NCBI RefSeq assembly: GCF_001194135.2 | Contig: NC_068989.1 | Span: 67,076,671 to 67,116,096, forward strand | Length of the DNA: 39,426 nucleotides | Source of the DNA: Octopus bimaculoides | Taxonomy: Eukaryota | Reading direction: 5' to 3' | Shown here: piece after piece, positions 1 through 10,959 of the stretch | Position numbering within the stretch: position 1 is the stretch's first letter | Layout of the letters: every line of letters starts with the position of its first letter | Program-made: the position numbers and the translations under genes | The notes under the pieces: generated by a model | The model's database searches: none | What the model saw: only the letters and a program-made list of their open reading frames with translations | What the model was told of the DNA's origin: nothing

Positions 1-114
1 CCGAGTCAGTAAGTTACATGGACATAAACTACCCAACACCAGTTATCAAGCAGCAATGGGGAACAAACTTAAACAAGCATAAAAACACAAATAGATATAT
101 AATTTTTTAAATTC

Positions 115-1138
115 TAAATGAGTAACAAAGATGTACAGGTGTCAATTCATTACAGCTGTTTCAAGTGACTCCTTTAATTGAGTAATGAAAACATTACATC
201 GTTTGAAAGAAACCTTTCTCGTCAGATAACCGCATAGACTTCAAACATAAACGATGGAACCATTTCCTTAACATATTTACATCAATAATGGAACTCAAAA
301 TATTTACATTGTCTCTTTTGTCATCTCGAAGGCCAGTGAGGCGGTACTGGCAATGGCCACGCTCAAAATGGTGTATTTTATGTGCCACCCACACAAGAGC
401 CAGTCCAGGGGCACTGGCAACGATCTCGCTCGAAAATCCTACGAAGGCCAGTCAGGCGGTACTAGCAGAATAGTGGGGGTCAGGATAAAAAGATAGTGAC
501 CTAGTTATTTACACTTAGAAGACTTTATGCAAAATGTAGTCTTCAACCATTTAGAATCAAATCCATTGGGAGGTGTCAACTGTATTCCAGTTAATGGTGA
601 TAAATCAATTAATGTCAGACAATCTACTAGACTCTCAATGTACTGGAACCATATATCTAGCGTTATCTACACAAAAAGGTAAGCATAGGGTTAGTAGTAA
701 GGGAATGCCTGATGGAGAAAGGGTGATAATTGGAAGAAAGAAGGATAGGAATGGCCAATACTTATTTTGATTATGATATCAAATGGGAAATTAATGAAAA
801 ACCAAAGGGATAAGTAATATAAACTTCACGGGTGGAATTTAGAATTAAAGGATAAGAGAATTTAGAATTGAAATTATAGTAGACTTGACAAGGTATGCAT
901 TATTTTCTAAACTCATTCTGCTACAGATATGACAAAAGAAACAATGTAAATATTTTGAGTTCCATTATTGATGTGAATATGTTAAGGAAATGGTTGTATC
1001 GGCTATGTTTGAAGTCTATGCAGTTATCTAACGTGAAAGGTTTCTTTCAAACGATGTAATGTTTTCATTAATCAATTAAAGGAGTCACTTGAAACAGCTG
1101 TAATGAATTGACACCTGTACATCTTTGTTACTCATTTA
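115..1138. mobile_element. Fold-back / MITE-like element with ~210-bp inverted arms
   Basis: 115-324 (taaatgagtaacaaagatgtacagg...tttacattgtctcttttgtcat) is the reverse complement of 929-1138, with scattered mismatches. Confidence 0.75.
325..463 (-). mobile_element. Fragment of a retroposon 3' region inserted in the left arm of the fold-back element
   Basis: Reverse-complement match to 17950-18065, which is the tail region of the RTE-associated repeat. It is bounded by a 22-bp direct repeat (cgaaggccagt[g/c]aggcggtact) at 327-348 and 442-463. Confidence 0.7.
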
Positions 1139-1558
1139 TATTTTATTCATCTATCTTGGAATCTGCACTTTCGAAATACTATAGAAAGTACCTTTTAAAA
1201 AGTACATGTCTGAATTACCAAGTGCGCATATCTTCACTTCGCTGGGTTGCATTGTCTGCACACATGGTAGGAATATCAGGTACAAACACCCCTGCACAGA
1301 GTCTTGTTATTCAATTAATGTTGTTTAGGTGTGTCTCAATTTAAGTACCTAATTCAACAGAATCTTAATTATATTTTAATTATTTTATTATGTTCTTAAT
1401 TATTTTCAAAATCAATTAAAATAAAAAGATGTATTTCAACAAATATAATAACAAAAGTGTTAAAGTATTATTACTTTTAAAAATGTTGCATGTTCTTTTT
1501 GTTGGGTGGGGTTTATGTTAGGTTGTTACCATTCTAAAGTGTTTATATTTTCTCTTAG

Positions 1559-1705
1559 GTTTATTCTAGCTACAGAATTCTCTTGGCTGCTCATAAACAG
1601 AAAAAACAGATTGGTGCAATAAACATTGGCCCTATACGTGGTGAACATTATCTCGACTTCCACATAAAAGCTAAGTGTGGTGATGTATTCTTACTTCTTG
1701 GATAG
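1559..1705 (+). CDS. SIRT4: Terminal coding exon of NAD-dependent sirtuin 4 (upstream exons lie outside the window)
   Basis: Not in the ORF track (<60 aa). The acceptor ttttctcttag|GTT is followed in phase 0 by VYSSYRILLAAHKQKKQIGAINIGPIRGEHYLDFHIKAKCGDVFLLLG*. This matches the SIRT4 C-terminus as I remember it (SLQVYSGYRF...IAILNIGPTRSDD..CLKL.SRCGELL), including the NIGP NAD-binding motif and the terminal CG. Confidence 0.9.
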   Translation, partial: VYSSYRILLAAHKQKKQIGAINIGPIRGEHYLDFHIKAKCGDVFLLLG

Positions 1706-2023
1706 TATTTCAATAATTCAAAGAGGATATTGATATTTAAGTAACTGATTTTTTTTTAAATTATGAACTGTATACTTGTATATTTTTAAAAAATGTTTTC
1801 TCAATTAGTGAAAGTACCTATCCTAACATGATATTATTAATGAAATAATAATAATGTTAATGATGATCATTTAACCAGGAATTCGTCATTATATACAGAG
1901 TACATCACAAAATCAGATGTTGGCAGGGTATATATAAAAATATACAGGTGGTAGAGTGTTTTGTGCAAGGAGATGTTTATTAAAACTGCCAGGATTGAAA
2001 TGGAAGTATAGCTTAGAGAAATT

Positions 2024-2244
2024 CCAGCTTTAGCATTTAAACTGGCCATATCTGGCCCAAATATTCTGCCTGTTTTATGTTCAAACTGGCCAGATCCAGC
2101 CCCTCACACTTATGTTACAATGTAATTTTAGAAATAAACATTTACATCATTGAAACCTTGAAGCTACAAGATGATGCATGATTAACTCAAAAGACTGTGA
2201 ATTAATAAGCATTACATCAACAGAATAATCTGAATGCTAAAGGG
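2024..2244. mobile_element. piggyBac-type MITE, family A
   Basis: Termini (c)tttagcatt...aatgctaaaggg. The same ~220-bp sequence recurs at ~25345-25565, ~29140-29362 and 35908-36075, where TTAA|CCCTTTAGCATT or AATGCTAAAGGG|TTAA ends are visible. Confidence 0.7.
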
Positions 2245-2408
2245 TTGAATACTATATAACACCAGGAAAGAAAAAAAGAATGAAACTATTTACAAATTAA
2301 AACAGAAAAATATAGCATTAAAGTAAAGCTGAAAGCAAGAAATCCACACAGGTTATTCTAAGGACACATCTATAGAAAATAAAACAAAAGTTAAAAACTG
2401 TAATGTAA

Positions 2409-2608
2409 CCCTTTTGATAGCAACCCACCCTATAGTGTCCCTTATTCAATGATACTCCTTGTAAAACCTTGCATCAGAATTTCATATTAATTTATGTTCG
2501 AAACACTGGTTTAATGCTGATGAAGATATTTTGTTAAATTCTTCATTATTTTCAAAAGTAAGTGAAACAAAGGCAATGTATTTCAAGAGGATTGTGGTGA
2601 CAAAAGGG
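2409..2608. mobile_element. piggyBac-type MITE, family B
   Basis: gtaa|CCCTTTTG...CAAAAGGG|ttaa termini. The internal sequence recurs in 28600-29500. Confidence 0.7.
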
Positions 2609-3502
2609 TTAAAGAGAAATCCTTGTAAAAATACAAATAAAATGATTTCATAGTAAGTACCTCAATAGAATACATAATATATAAATTTGACTCTTTGAAA
2701 AGCAGGCATCTGTTGTTAACAGCCAGAAACTGGAAGATTGAATATGAAGAACTTAACAGTTGTAACTCATACTAATGATGGCATTTATGGTGCTACAAAG
2801 AAACAAAAAGAAAAAAATGAACATATCTGAAAGGAAATTTATATGTCGAATATTTGAAGAATTTGCTGAAATAGATGACTATTTATTAAGTTTTCAAAAT
2901 AGGTAATGTTTACATATGTATATAGACAGAACCATTGAGCTGTGTCTCTCAGACTAAAATCTCAGGAACTATAAAATGGAAGTTATAATATTCTGTCTCT
3001 TATTCTCTGTATCAAAACTATTAAATCTAATCTAAATATCTGTTGGTTCTTATATTCTTTGTTATTGGAGTGTTACATGATTAATTCTTCTTTGAAATGA
3101 TCTCTTAGTTCTAATATATATGGAAAGTTTAACAGTTTGAATCTTAACCTCATCCTTCCAAGAAGTTTTCAGTTCCATTAAAATTCATCATTATTTAACA
3201 AACTTTTGGAAATTTGGTGGGAAGATTCCTTAGACATTATTGCATAAATATACAAAGTCTCAATCAAATTTAATGTAAGTCTTGTGGACAAGATATGATA
3301 AGACAAGTATCTAAAATCCTTCAAAATATTCTGTTGTAACAATGAAAACTGTAAACTTGTTACTTCATATGTATTAGAATGTTTATGTGATGCAGACTAC
3401 ACTTGGAATTTCTTTTGAATAAAAAAGAATTGTAAATGAATCTGTTGAATTTGTTCATTGTTTAATCCATCTTTTCTTGTGAGATTTGTCCATCACTGTC
3501 AT

Positions 3503-3700
3503 TTTATCAACTACCACCACCACCACCACCACCACCACTATCACCATCACTACCATCAGAGCTATCACTACCACTGCCACCACCATTACCATTACCAACA
3601 ATACCACCACCACAATTATCACCACTTCCACTACCACCTCCACCACTACAATTACCACCACCATCACTACTACTACCACCATTATCATCACTATTACCTC
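3503..3700. repeat. Degenerate (ACC/ATC/ACT)n trinucleotide tract
   Basis: Directly visible. It explains the poly-His, poly-Thr, poly-Val and poly-Gly ORFs at 3455-3802. Confidence 0.95.
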
Positions 3701-3726
3701 TGTTGCCAATATTTTGTATGTTTTCA

Positions 3727-3950
3727 AAGCAGTGAGCTGGCAGAACTGTTAGCATGCCAGGCAAAATACTTAGACACATTTCAGCCGTCTTTACATTCTT
3801 AGTTCAATTTTCACCAAGTCAGTTTTGCCTTTCATCCTTACAGGGTCAATGAAATAAGTACCAGTTGAACACTGGAGTCAATGTAATTGACTTATCCCTG
3901 CCTCTAAAATTGCTGACATTGTGCCAAAATTTGAAATCAGTATTTTGTAT
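3727..3950 (+). mobile_element. tRNA-derived SINE family 2 (head gagctggcaga..gttag; core tttgcctttcatcctt..ggggtcgataaat..agtacc)
   Basis: Other copies at ~8275-8476(-), 8538-8705(+), 12945-13146(-), 21790-21975(-), 23230-23400(-), 24345-24440(-) and 32760-32880(+, degenerate). Confidence 0.8.
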
Positions 3951-4134
3951 GTCTTAAATTGCAGTTTATGTATTTATTGGAAGAATTTGTAAATTAGTTT
4001 CTTTCCTACCTTAATGCTCTTTTCCTGGATACCATAGACTTCTAGATTTCATCTCTTCTCTTCATTGGTTCTTAATCTCTACCATCACCCAATGAAACCT
4101 GCATTCATCTATTCACAAACAGGGGATACTGACG

Positions 4135-4274
4135 ATACTTGCTTAGGAACCGCATGGTTCCGGGTTCAGTCCCACTGCGTGGCACCTTGGGCAAGTGTCT
4201 TCTACTATAGCCTTGGGCCGACCAAAGCCTTGTGAGTGGATTTGGTAGACAGAAACTGAAAGAAGCCCATCGTA

Positions 4275-4305
<31 letters not shown>

Positions 4306-4626
4306 NNNNNNNNNNNNNNNNNNNNNNNNNNNNNNNNNNNNNNNNNNNNNNNNNNNNNNNNNNNNNNNNNNNNNNNNNNNNNNNNNNNNNNNNNNNNNNN
4401 NATATATGTATCTGTGTGTGTATGTTTGTGTGTCTGTGTTTGTCCCCCCAACATCGCTTGACAACTGATGGTGGTGTGTTTACATCCCCGTAACTTATCG
4501 GTTCGGCAAAAGAGACTGATAGAATAAGTACTAGGCTTCCAAAGAATAAGTCCTGGGGTCGACTTGCTCGACTAAAGGCGGTGCTCCAGCATGGCCACAG
4601 TCAAATGACTGAAGCAAGTAAAAGAG
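4135..4626 (+). mobile_element. tRNA-derived SINE family 1 (head, internal TA/TG microsatellite, tail)
   Basis: B-box-like GGTTCAGTCCC followed by ggcaccttgggcaagtgtcttctactatagcc...gtggatttggtagac, and the tail ...tcaaatgactgaagcaagtaaaagag. Many copies occur in the window. Confidence 0.85.
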
Positions 4627-4647
4627 TATACATATATATATATATAA

Positions 4648-4808
4648 AACAGGCTTCTTTCAATTTCCATCTACCAAATCCACTCACAGGGCTCTGATCA
4701 CCCTGAGACTATAGTAGAAAACACTTGCCCAAGGTGCCATGCAGTGAGACTGAACCCAGGACCATGTGGCTAAGAACCAAGCTTTTTACCACAGAGTCAC
4801 ACCTGTGA
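4648..4808 (-). mobile_element. SINE family 1 head, inverted relative to 4135-4280
   Basis: caggcttctttcaatttccatctaccaaatccactcac...gactgaaccc...accacagagtcac is the reverse complement of the family-1 head. Confidence 0.8.
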
Positions 4809-4978
4809 CTATATATATTATATTTAGTAAACCTTTAAGTGGCCCATTCTGAATCGTGTTTGTTTGAATTTTGAGAAAATAATTTTTTTCTTGAAATAAA
4901 AACGAGTTAAAATCTATTCAGAAATATTTATTATCAGAAAAACCAAAAAAAAGAAAAAAGAAAAAGATTTGTACAACT

Positions 4979-5392
4979 CTACACATCTGTTATAAGTACC
5001 TCATTTGTAGAAGGCAAAGATTCATCATTATAAACAGCTGTTGTCAAGGTATGGAAAGCATGGATTGCTACTTGATTCACACGGTTCTCTCTCTCTGCTT
5101 TACCATTTGGCATATCTCGGAAAAAGTTCTCAATCAAAGCATCTTCAAGTTGATCTTTCCGTTCAGATTTGAGGTATTTGATAATCATGATAATTATAGC
5201 AGCAGAATAAAACACCAGGACCGCTACAATATATATTAATGCCCCGCTATCAGATGCTTGGCCTTGTCTGTGCACAGCCGGATATTTCCTACTGAAATTT
5301 TCAGGAGGAAACTGTACTGTTCGGAAAGTCTGATTAGGGAAACCTCTGCACAACAAAGCCAACATACTTGAGGTACTGTTTTGAATAACCAT
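4979..5392 (-). CDS. 137-aa single-pass membrane protein without a signal peptide, KCNE-like TM signature; complete single-exon CDS
   Basis: Intact ORF in unique, non-repeat sequence. Kozak context is AAAATGG, and an in-frame TAA lies upstream at 5420-5422. There are three N-terminal sequons (NST, NQT, NFS), one hydrophobic helix (ALIYIVAVLVFYSAAIIIMII), a basic cytosolic flank (KYLKSERK) and a C-terminal TDV. Confidence 0.85.
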   Translation of the reverse strand: MVIQNSTSSMLALLCRGFPNQTFRTVQFPPENFSRKYPAVHRQGQASDSGALIYIVAVLVFYSAAIIIMIIKYLKSERKDQLEDALIENFFRDMPNGKAERENRVNQVAIHAFHTLTTAVYNDESLPSTNEVLITDV

Positions 5393-6368
5393 TTTTTTAT
5401 TGGTGATATTGATTGAGGATTAAGATGAATATTAAGATGCTAATTATAATGATGGTAACATATAATGTTAATCACCTAGAATGTATATTTTCATTTGTGA
5501 ACTTCATACAAAATTACATTTTGTAAATTGTATTAAATTGCACTAAACTTGAAGCACTTATGATTGTTAGGAATGAAAAGCATTTCAGTTCATGTGATAC
5601 CTTGTTGATTGTAGACGGCCAGTATCCAAAGTAGAACATATGCAAGTTCTGTTATATCTCGTAAGTTCTGTCAAACAGTATTGTTAGAAGTTTTTCGTAT
5701 TTATTGTTTGATGATGGAAAATAAATCCTGCTGAATGAGTGACACCATAGCTGCAACCATTCTTGTAAACACCTTGAAAATATTTCAGTAAAAGTCATTG
5801 CTTCAATGTTTTCTCAAAACTTCATATCTCAGTGAAAATTCTGTTTACCAAAATAACTTATTCTTGTATTTTTTTTAATCTTGATATTGCTGTAGTTTTT
5901 TTTATTAAGAACCATTTCAGTTCAAAATAAAACTTCCATGGTTTGAATATTTAAAACTTTGTTTGACCAAAAATTTCTGAAATAGAAATAAAACAGTAAT
6001 TTAAAAAAATAAAATCATTCAAATTTGATTAAGATTTCAAAATCTATAAGTCTCATTAGAATTGCCAAGAACAATCTTGAAGTTAATTAGTTAATAACAT
6101 TTTTTTGTCTTTGGTCAGTAAGTGGTGTTTCTTATATATATANNNNNNNNNNNNNNNNNNNNNNNNNNNNNNNNNNNNNNNNNNNNNNNNNNNNNNNNNN
6201 NNNNNNNNNNNNNNNNNNNNNNNNNNNNNNNNNNNNNNNNNNNNNNNNNNNNNNNNNNNNNNNNNNNNNNNNNNNNNNNNNNNNNNNNNNNNNNNNNNNN
6301 NNNNNNNNNNNNNNNNNNNNNNNNNNNNNNNNNNNNNNNNNNNNNNNNATATATATATATATATATAT

Positions 6369-7180
6369 ACTCTATATTAAATCTCTGTGTAAGATATAAA
6401 CAGTAGCAATATGGAATCATAACATATAATTGCCAACCAAGTGTGGTGTCCTATACAGGAGAGTGCTACTGACGTTTATAGCCCCAGGAAGACATCTTTT
6501 CCAGCTGGCTAATGACATACATTCTGTGTCCGATTAGTATTTGCGAGGGGAGGTCATCGCTCCCATCTCTAGCCTTACATGATACACACAGACTTGAGTT
6601 TCTTAACATGTGTTAATCCTTACCCATCCTTAGCATGTGTTAATCACCAGCTAGTGATGATAACTCATTCCACTCGCAAAATACTATATGCTTTTTCCAG
6701 TGACAAACTGTCACTCATCTCGAAGCTATATTAAATCTCTGAGCAAGCTATAAACTGTAGCAATACAGAATCATAACATATGATTGTCAACCAAGTGTGG
6801 CATCCTATACAGGAAAGTGCTACTGCCGTTTATAACCCCAGGAAAAAATCTCTTCCAGCTGGCTAACGACACACATTCTGCGTCCGATTAGTATTCGCAA
6901 AGGGAAGTCATCATTCTCAAGCATATAATGTTTCTCAAGTGGAATGAGTTTTCATCACTAGCTGCTGATTAACACACACTGAGGATGGGTAACCACCCAG
7001 AAACTCGAGTCCATGTGTATCACGTAAGGCTACAGATGGGAGCAATGACCTCCCCTTACAAATACTAATTGGACACAGAATGTGTGTCATTAGCCAGCTG
7101 GAAAAGATGTCTTCCTGAGGCTATAGACGTCAGTAGCACTCTCTTGTATAGGACGCCACACTTGGTTGGCAGTTATATGT
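6369..7180. repeat. Three copies of one interspersed repeat: + (6369-6705), + truncated (6727-6912), - (6935-7180)
   Basis: All three share the block ccaagtgtgg..tcctatacagga.agtgctactg.cgtttata.ccccagga...ttccagctggctaa.gaca.acattctg.gtccgattagtatt; the third copy has it in reverse complement. Confidence 0.85.
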
Positions 7181-8274
7181 ATATATATATATTAAATATC
7201 CAATCAATACTTGGAATTGAAAATAGTTCACGTCTAAATTAACATACAACTCCACATCATAGAATGCAAAGAAAATCCAAATAAAACTTTAGCCAGTTAA
7301 ATCTCAAAGGATATTAAAGTGAAGACCCTGAAGACACTGCACCAGTATTATAGTAAGGTTGCAATTGCAATGGTTACTAACTGATGCAGTAGAAACATAT
7401 GTAGGTCTATTTGAGGCTGTATTTATATATAAAAATGAATTAAAGGTAATGCTAATGCTACTTCATCAAAATCTTTATTATTATTATTGTGTGTGTGTGT
7501 GTGCATGCGTGTGTAGCAAACAGCTACCAACTTTCGAAGCTAGGATTTGAAACCTAATCTACACTTTTACCATGTGTCAGCCTATTATTTTCACCTTTTG
7601 CACTAGGAAATTTATGAGAATAAGCCAACCTCTTGATCTTTCTCAAAGCATTCATCAACCAAAGCTGATTAGAGAGGAGAAATCCTCTATACGAAGAATA
7701 TAAATACACAACCAAAAGCCAGCTCCTTCTCTTTGGTCACACAGTGTCCAGCCATGAAGCACAGCTCTCTCAGTATTCTGATCAATGCACAAGAGTAGAT
7801 CTATCACCCTCTCTTCTTCCCGAGATTTCATTACTTTTTCTCTCTTTAGTAGTAGTTCACAGATGAAGCTGACATATGCAATGAAGTATAGACCTAAAGA
7901 TAATTTGTTTGCAATAACAAACAACTATAAGAAGTTATCTTCAACACTGTAATGATCAATACAATGCTATAAATAAATGGCCATTTTAATAAGCAATCAA
8001 TATTGTTCTTCACTCATTCATTTCTCCATTGCATCATGACATTTGAATTCTTCGTTATATATATTTATATATATATCCCATTATGCTTAGAAGCAATGCA
8101 CTTTATCAAAATTTTTAGACTGAGATCCAGTAGAAGAAACCACTCCAAATCCTTTTTAGAATATCTGTGCAAAAAAAAGGACTGGCTTGCTTGTGGCATG
8201 GAGTTGTATAATATATAATAATAAAATCAAACCAAATATTCTTTTCTTCTCTTTTCTTTTTTTTTTCTACTCTA

Positions 8275-8705
8275 GGCACAAGGCCCAAAATTTTTGGGGA
8301 GTGGGCCAGTTGATTAGATCAACCTCAGTACACAAAAAGTACTTAATTTATCGACCCCGAAAGGATGAAAAGTAAAGTTGACCTCAGCAGAATTTGAACT
8401 CAGAACGTAAAGACAGACAAAATACCGCTAAGCATTTCGCCCGGCGTACTAACGTTTCTGCCAGCTCGCCGCCTTACAGTGAGATCAAATATTGATATCT
8501 TGAATATATTCAAAATGTCAATATACAGTTTGACTAAGGTAGCAAGCTGGCAGAATCGTTAGCATGCCAGGAAAAATGTTTAGCAGCATTTCGTCTGTCT
8601 TTATGTTCTGAGTTCAAATTCCACTGAGATCGACTTTGCCTTTGATCTCTTTAGTATTAATCAAGCACTGGGGTTGATGTAACCAACTTAATCCTTCCAC
8701 AAAAA
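8275..8705. mobile_element. Two SINE family 2 copies head-to-head (8275-8476 minus, 8538-8705 plus)
   Basis: ...ctgccagctcgccgcc at ~8460-8476 and gcaagctggcagaatcgttagc at ~8541 are complementary heads. Confidence 0.8.
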
Positions 8706-9148
8706 TTGTGGTATCATCACCATATGCCTATGGTGTATGTGCATAAATATACATATGGCATGCAGGTAGGAAGAATGCTGGCAAGACAGGCACAGGTCAG
8801 ATGAAATGTTTTGAGGCAGATTTTCTTTCTGACACCAACCCTCTCCTGTTTTCAAACAAAATAATATTTCAATATGGTCAGACATGTTTATACAGAAGAT
8901 TGGCAATGAAGGACATTGCTCGTACAAAGGTCATGTTCATTTGCAACTAGCACATGATGTCAAAACAAGGACACACACACACATATACACACACATATAT
9001 ATATATATGTATGGATTGGGTCAAAAGTCACAAAGTCTCACTGTATATTGCAATCTAAAGATATAATCTGGTGGCTTCATTTATTGCACCAACTTCATTT
9101 TTACACTTGTCTTAGCCCACCCGGTACATATATATACGTATATATATA

Positions 9149-9202
<54 letters not shown>

Positions 9203-9502
9203 TATCCAAACAACTTATGTAAACAAACTTTTGTTGTTGTTGCTTTTGGAAGCATTAAATGTGTATCATATTATACAGATAAGAAAGTAATATTACAAAC
9301 ACAAAATAACCATGAAAACAGCAGAAAGACTGGGTATTTTACACTTATAAGATGGGAAAAGTTGTCAGCTGCTTACAACTTTTTCTCTCACAATCTTTCT
9401 GCTGTTTTCACAGCTATATTGCATTCAAAATATTACTTTTGAACGCAAACTTCTTACCACACAGTGATACATGCACCTAAATATACATACATACATGCAT
9501 AC

Positions 9503-9555
<53 letters not shown>

Positions 9556-9762
9556 TGGTTAAAAGTTTGTTGAAGTGGTAGAGAAAGAGAGAAATATAAA
9601 GAGCTTAGCAGAGGGAAATTTTAACATATAATATATTATTGTGACTCAAAGTGAAATACTTGGCAAAATAACAATATAAATGCAAATCACTCTTTTTTTC
9701 TTAAATAGCTTCTCTTAATTTTTTTCTTTCTGTAGAATTTCCATGGTCACACTAGTCTATAT

Positions 9763-10093
9763 ATACTCTTTTACTTGTTTCAGTCATTTGACTGCAGCCA
9801 TGCTGGAGCACCACCTTTAGCCAAGCTAATCAACCCCAGGACTTATTCTTTGTAAGCCTAGTACTTATTCTATCAGTCTCTTTTTGCCAAACCGCTAAGT
9901 TACCGGGACATAAACACACCAGCATCGGTTGTCAAGCGATGGTGGGGGGACAAACACAGACACACATACATATATATATATATACGTATATACGACAGAC
10001 TTCTTTCAGTTTCCGTCTACCAAATCCACTTACAAGGCTTTGGTTGACCCGAGGCTATAGTAGAAGACACTTGCCCAAGGTGCCACGCAGTGG
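9763..10093 (-). mobile_element. SINE family 1, 5'-truncated
   Basis: tactcttttacttgtttcagtcatttgactg...gctatagtagaagacacttgcccaaggtgccacgcagtgg. Confidence 0.85.
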
Positions 10094-10488
10094 ATATATA
10101 TATAAGATGATTACAATGAATACTAAGATTAATACATTTGCATATCTTTTGTTCCTACAGTTGATTATACAGCATATTTGATTTAAATGTATCCAATGCA
10201 CATTTCTGCTGCATAGTCATTCACTTGATTAGTTAGTTGTCCATGCAACTTTATTCAAGGTCCAGCCACTTTTCATGGTTTGAAGTTAACTCATGATTTG
10301 TAGATTTAGCTAGCATTATGTTTTGTAGGTGATTATAGTTTTTGAGTGAAAAGAATGTGAGAGGAACATTTGGAAACCTAAAACAACTATAAAAACTGTT
10401 ATCAGGTTGACAACTGTAATGACCTTAAATTAGGTCAGAGTATATTTTTATGGTTAAAATAGCCTAATTATTGCAGTTAATGCAAATT

Positions 10489-10666
10489 AAAAGCACCCAC
10501 TACACTCTCGGAGTGGTTGGCGTTAGGAAGGGCATCCAGCTGTAGAAACTCTGCCAAATCAGATTGGAGCCTGGTGTAGCCATCTGGTTCACCAGTCCTC
10601 AGTCAAATCGTCCAACCCATGCTAGCATGGAAAGCGAACGTTAAACGATGATGATGATGATGATGA
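10489..10666 (+). mobile_element. Retroposon 3' tail (RTE-partnered SINE/LINE end) ending in (GAT)n
   Basis: aaaagcacccactacactctcggagtggttggcgttaggaagggcatccagctgtagaaac...ccatgctagcatggaaagcgaacgttaaacgatgatgat. A second copy is at 13945-14127, and its start is seen at 18087-18106 at the end of the RTE copy. Confidence 0.8.
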
Positions 10667-10959
10667 TATGTCATCATCATCATCATCAATATCATCATTA
10701 TCATCATTATTTAACAATCATTTTCTATGTTGGCATGGGTTGGACAGTTTTACAGGAGCTGGCCAGCTAAAGAACTGCCCAGGCTGCATGTCTGTTTTGG
10801 TATGGTTTCTACAGTTGGATGCCCTTCCTAATGCCAACCACTTTACATGACACCAGTATGGGTGCTTTTTACATGACACCAGCACCTACAAGCCTGCAAG
10901 ATAAGAAATGCTCAGCTGGAAAGGGTTGCAGAGGACAAGCCTGTATGGAAGGACACCAT

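Noticed and set aside
3455-3802. Poly-His, poly-Thr, poly-Val and poly-Gly ORFs in four frames
   Set aside because: All are translations of one degenerate (ACC)n tract. Being open in several frames on both strands is the signature of a microsatellite, not a gene.
4135-4200. tRNA genes at A-box/B-box-like motifs (also 33715-33790, 36945-37010, 8410-8476)
   Set aside because: Each continues directly into SINE body sequence and is degenerate. They are tRNA-derived SINE heads, and no full cloverleaf is evident.
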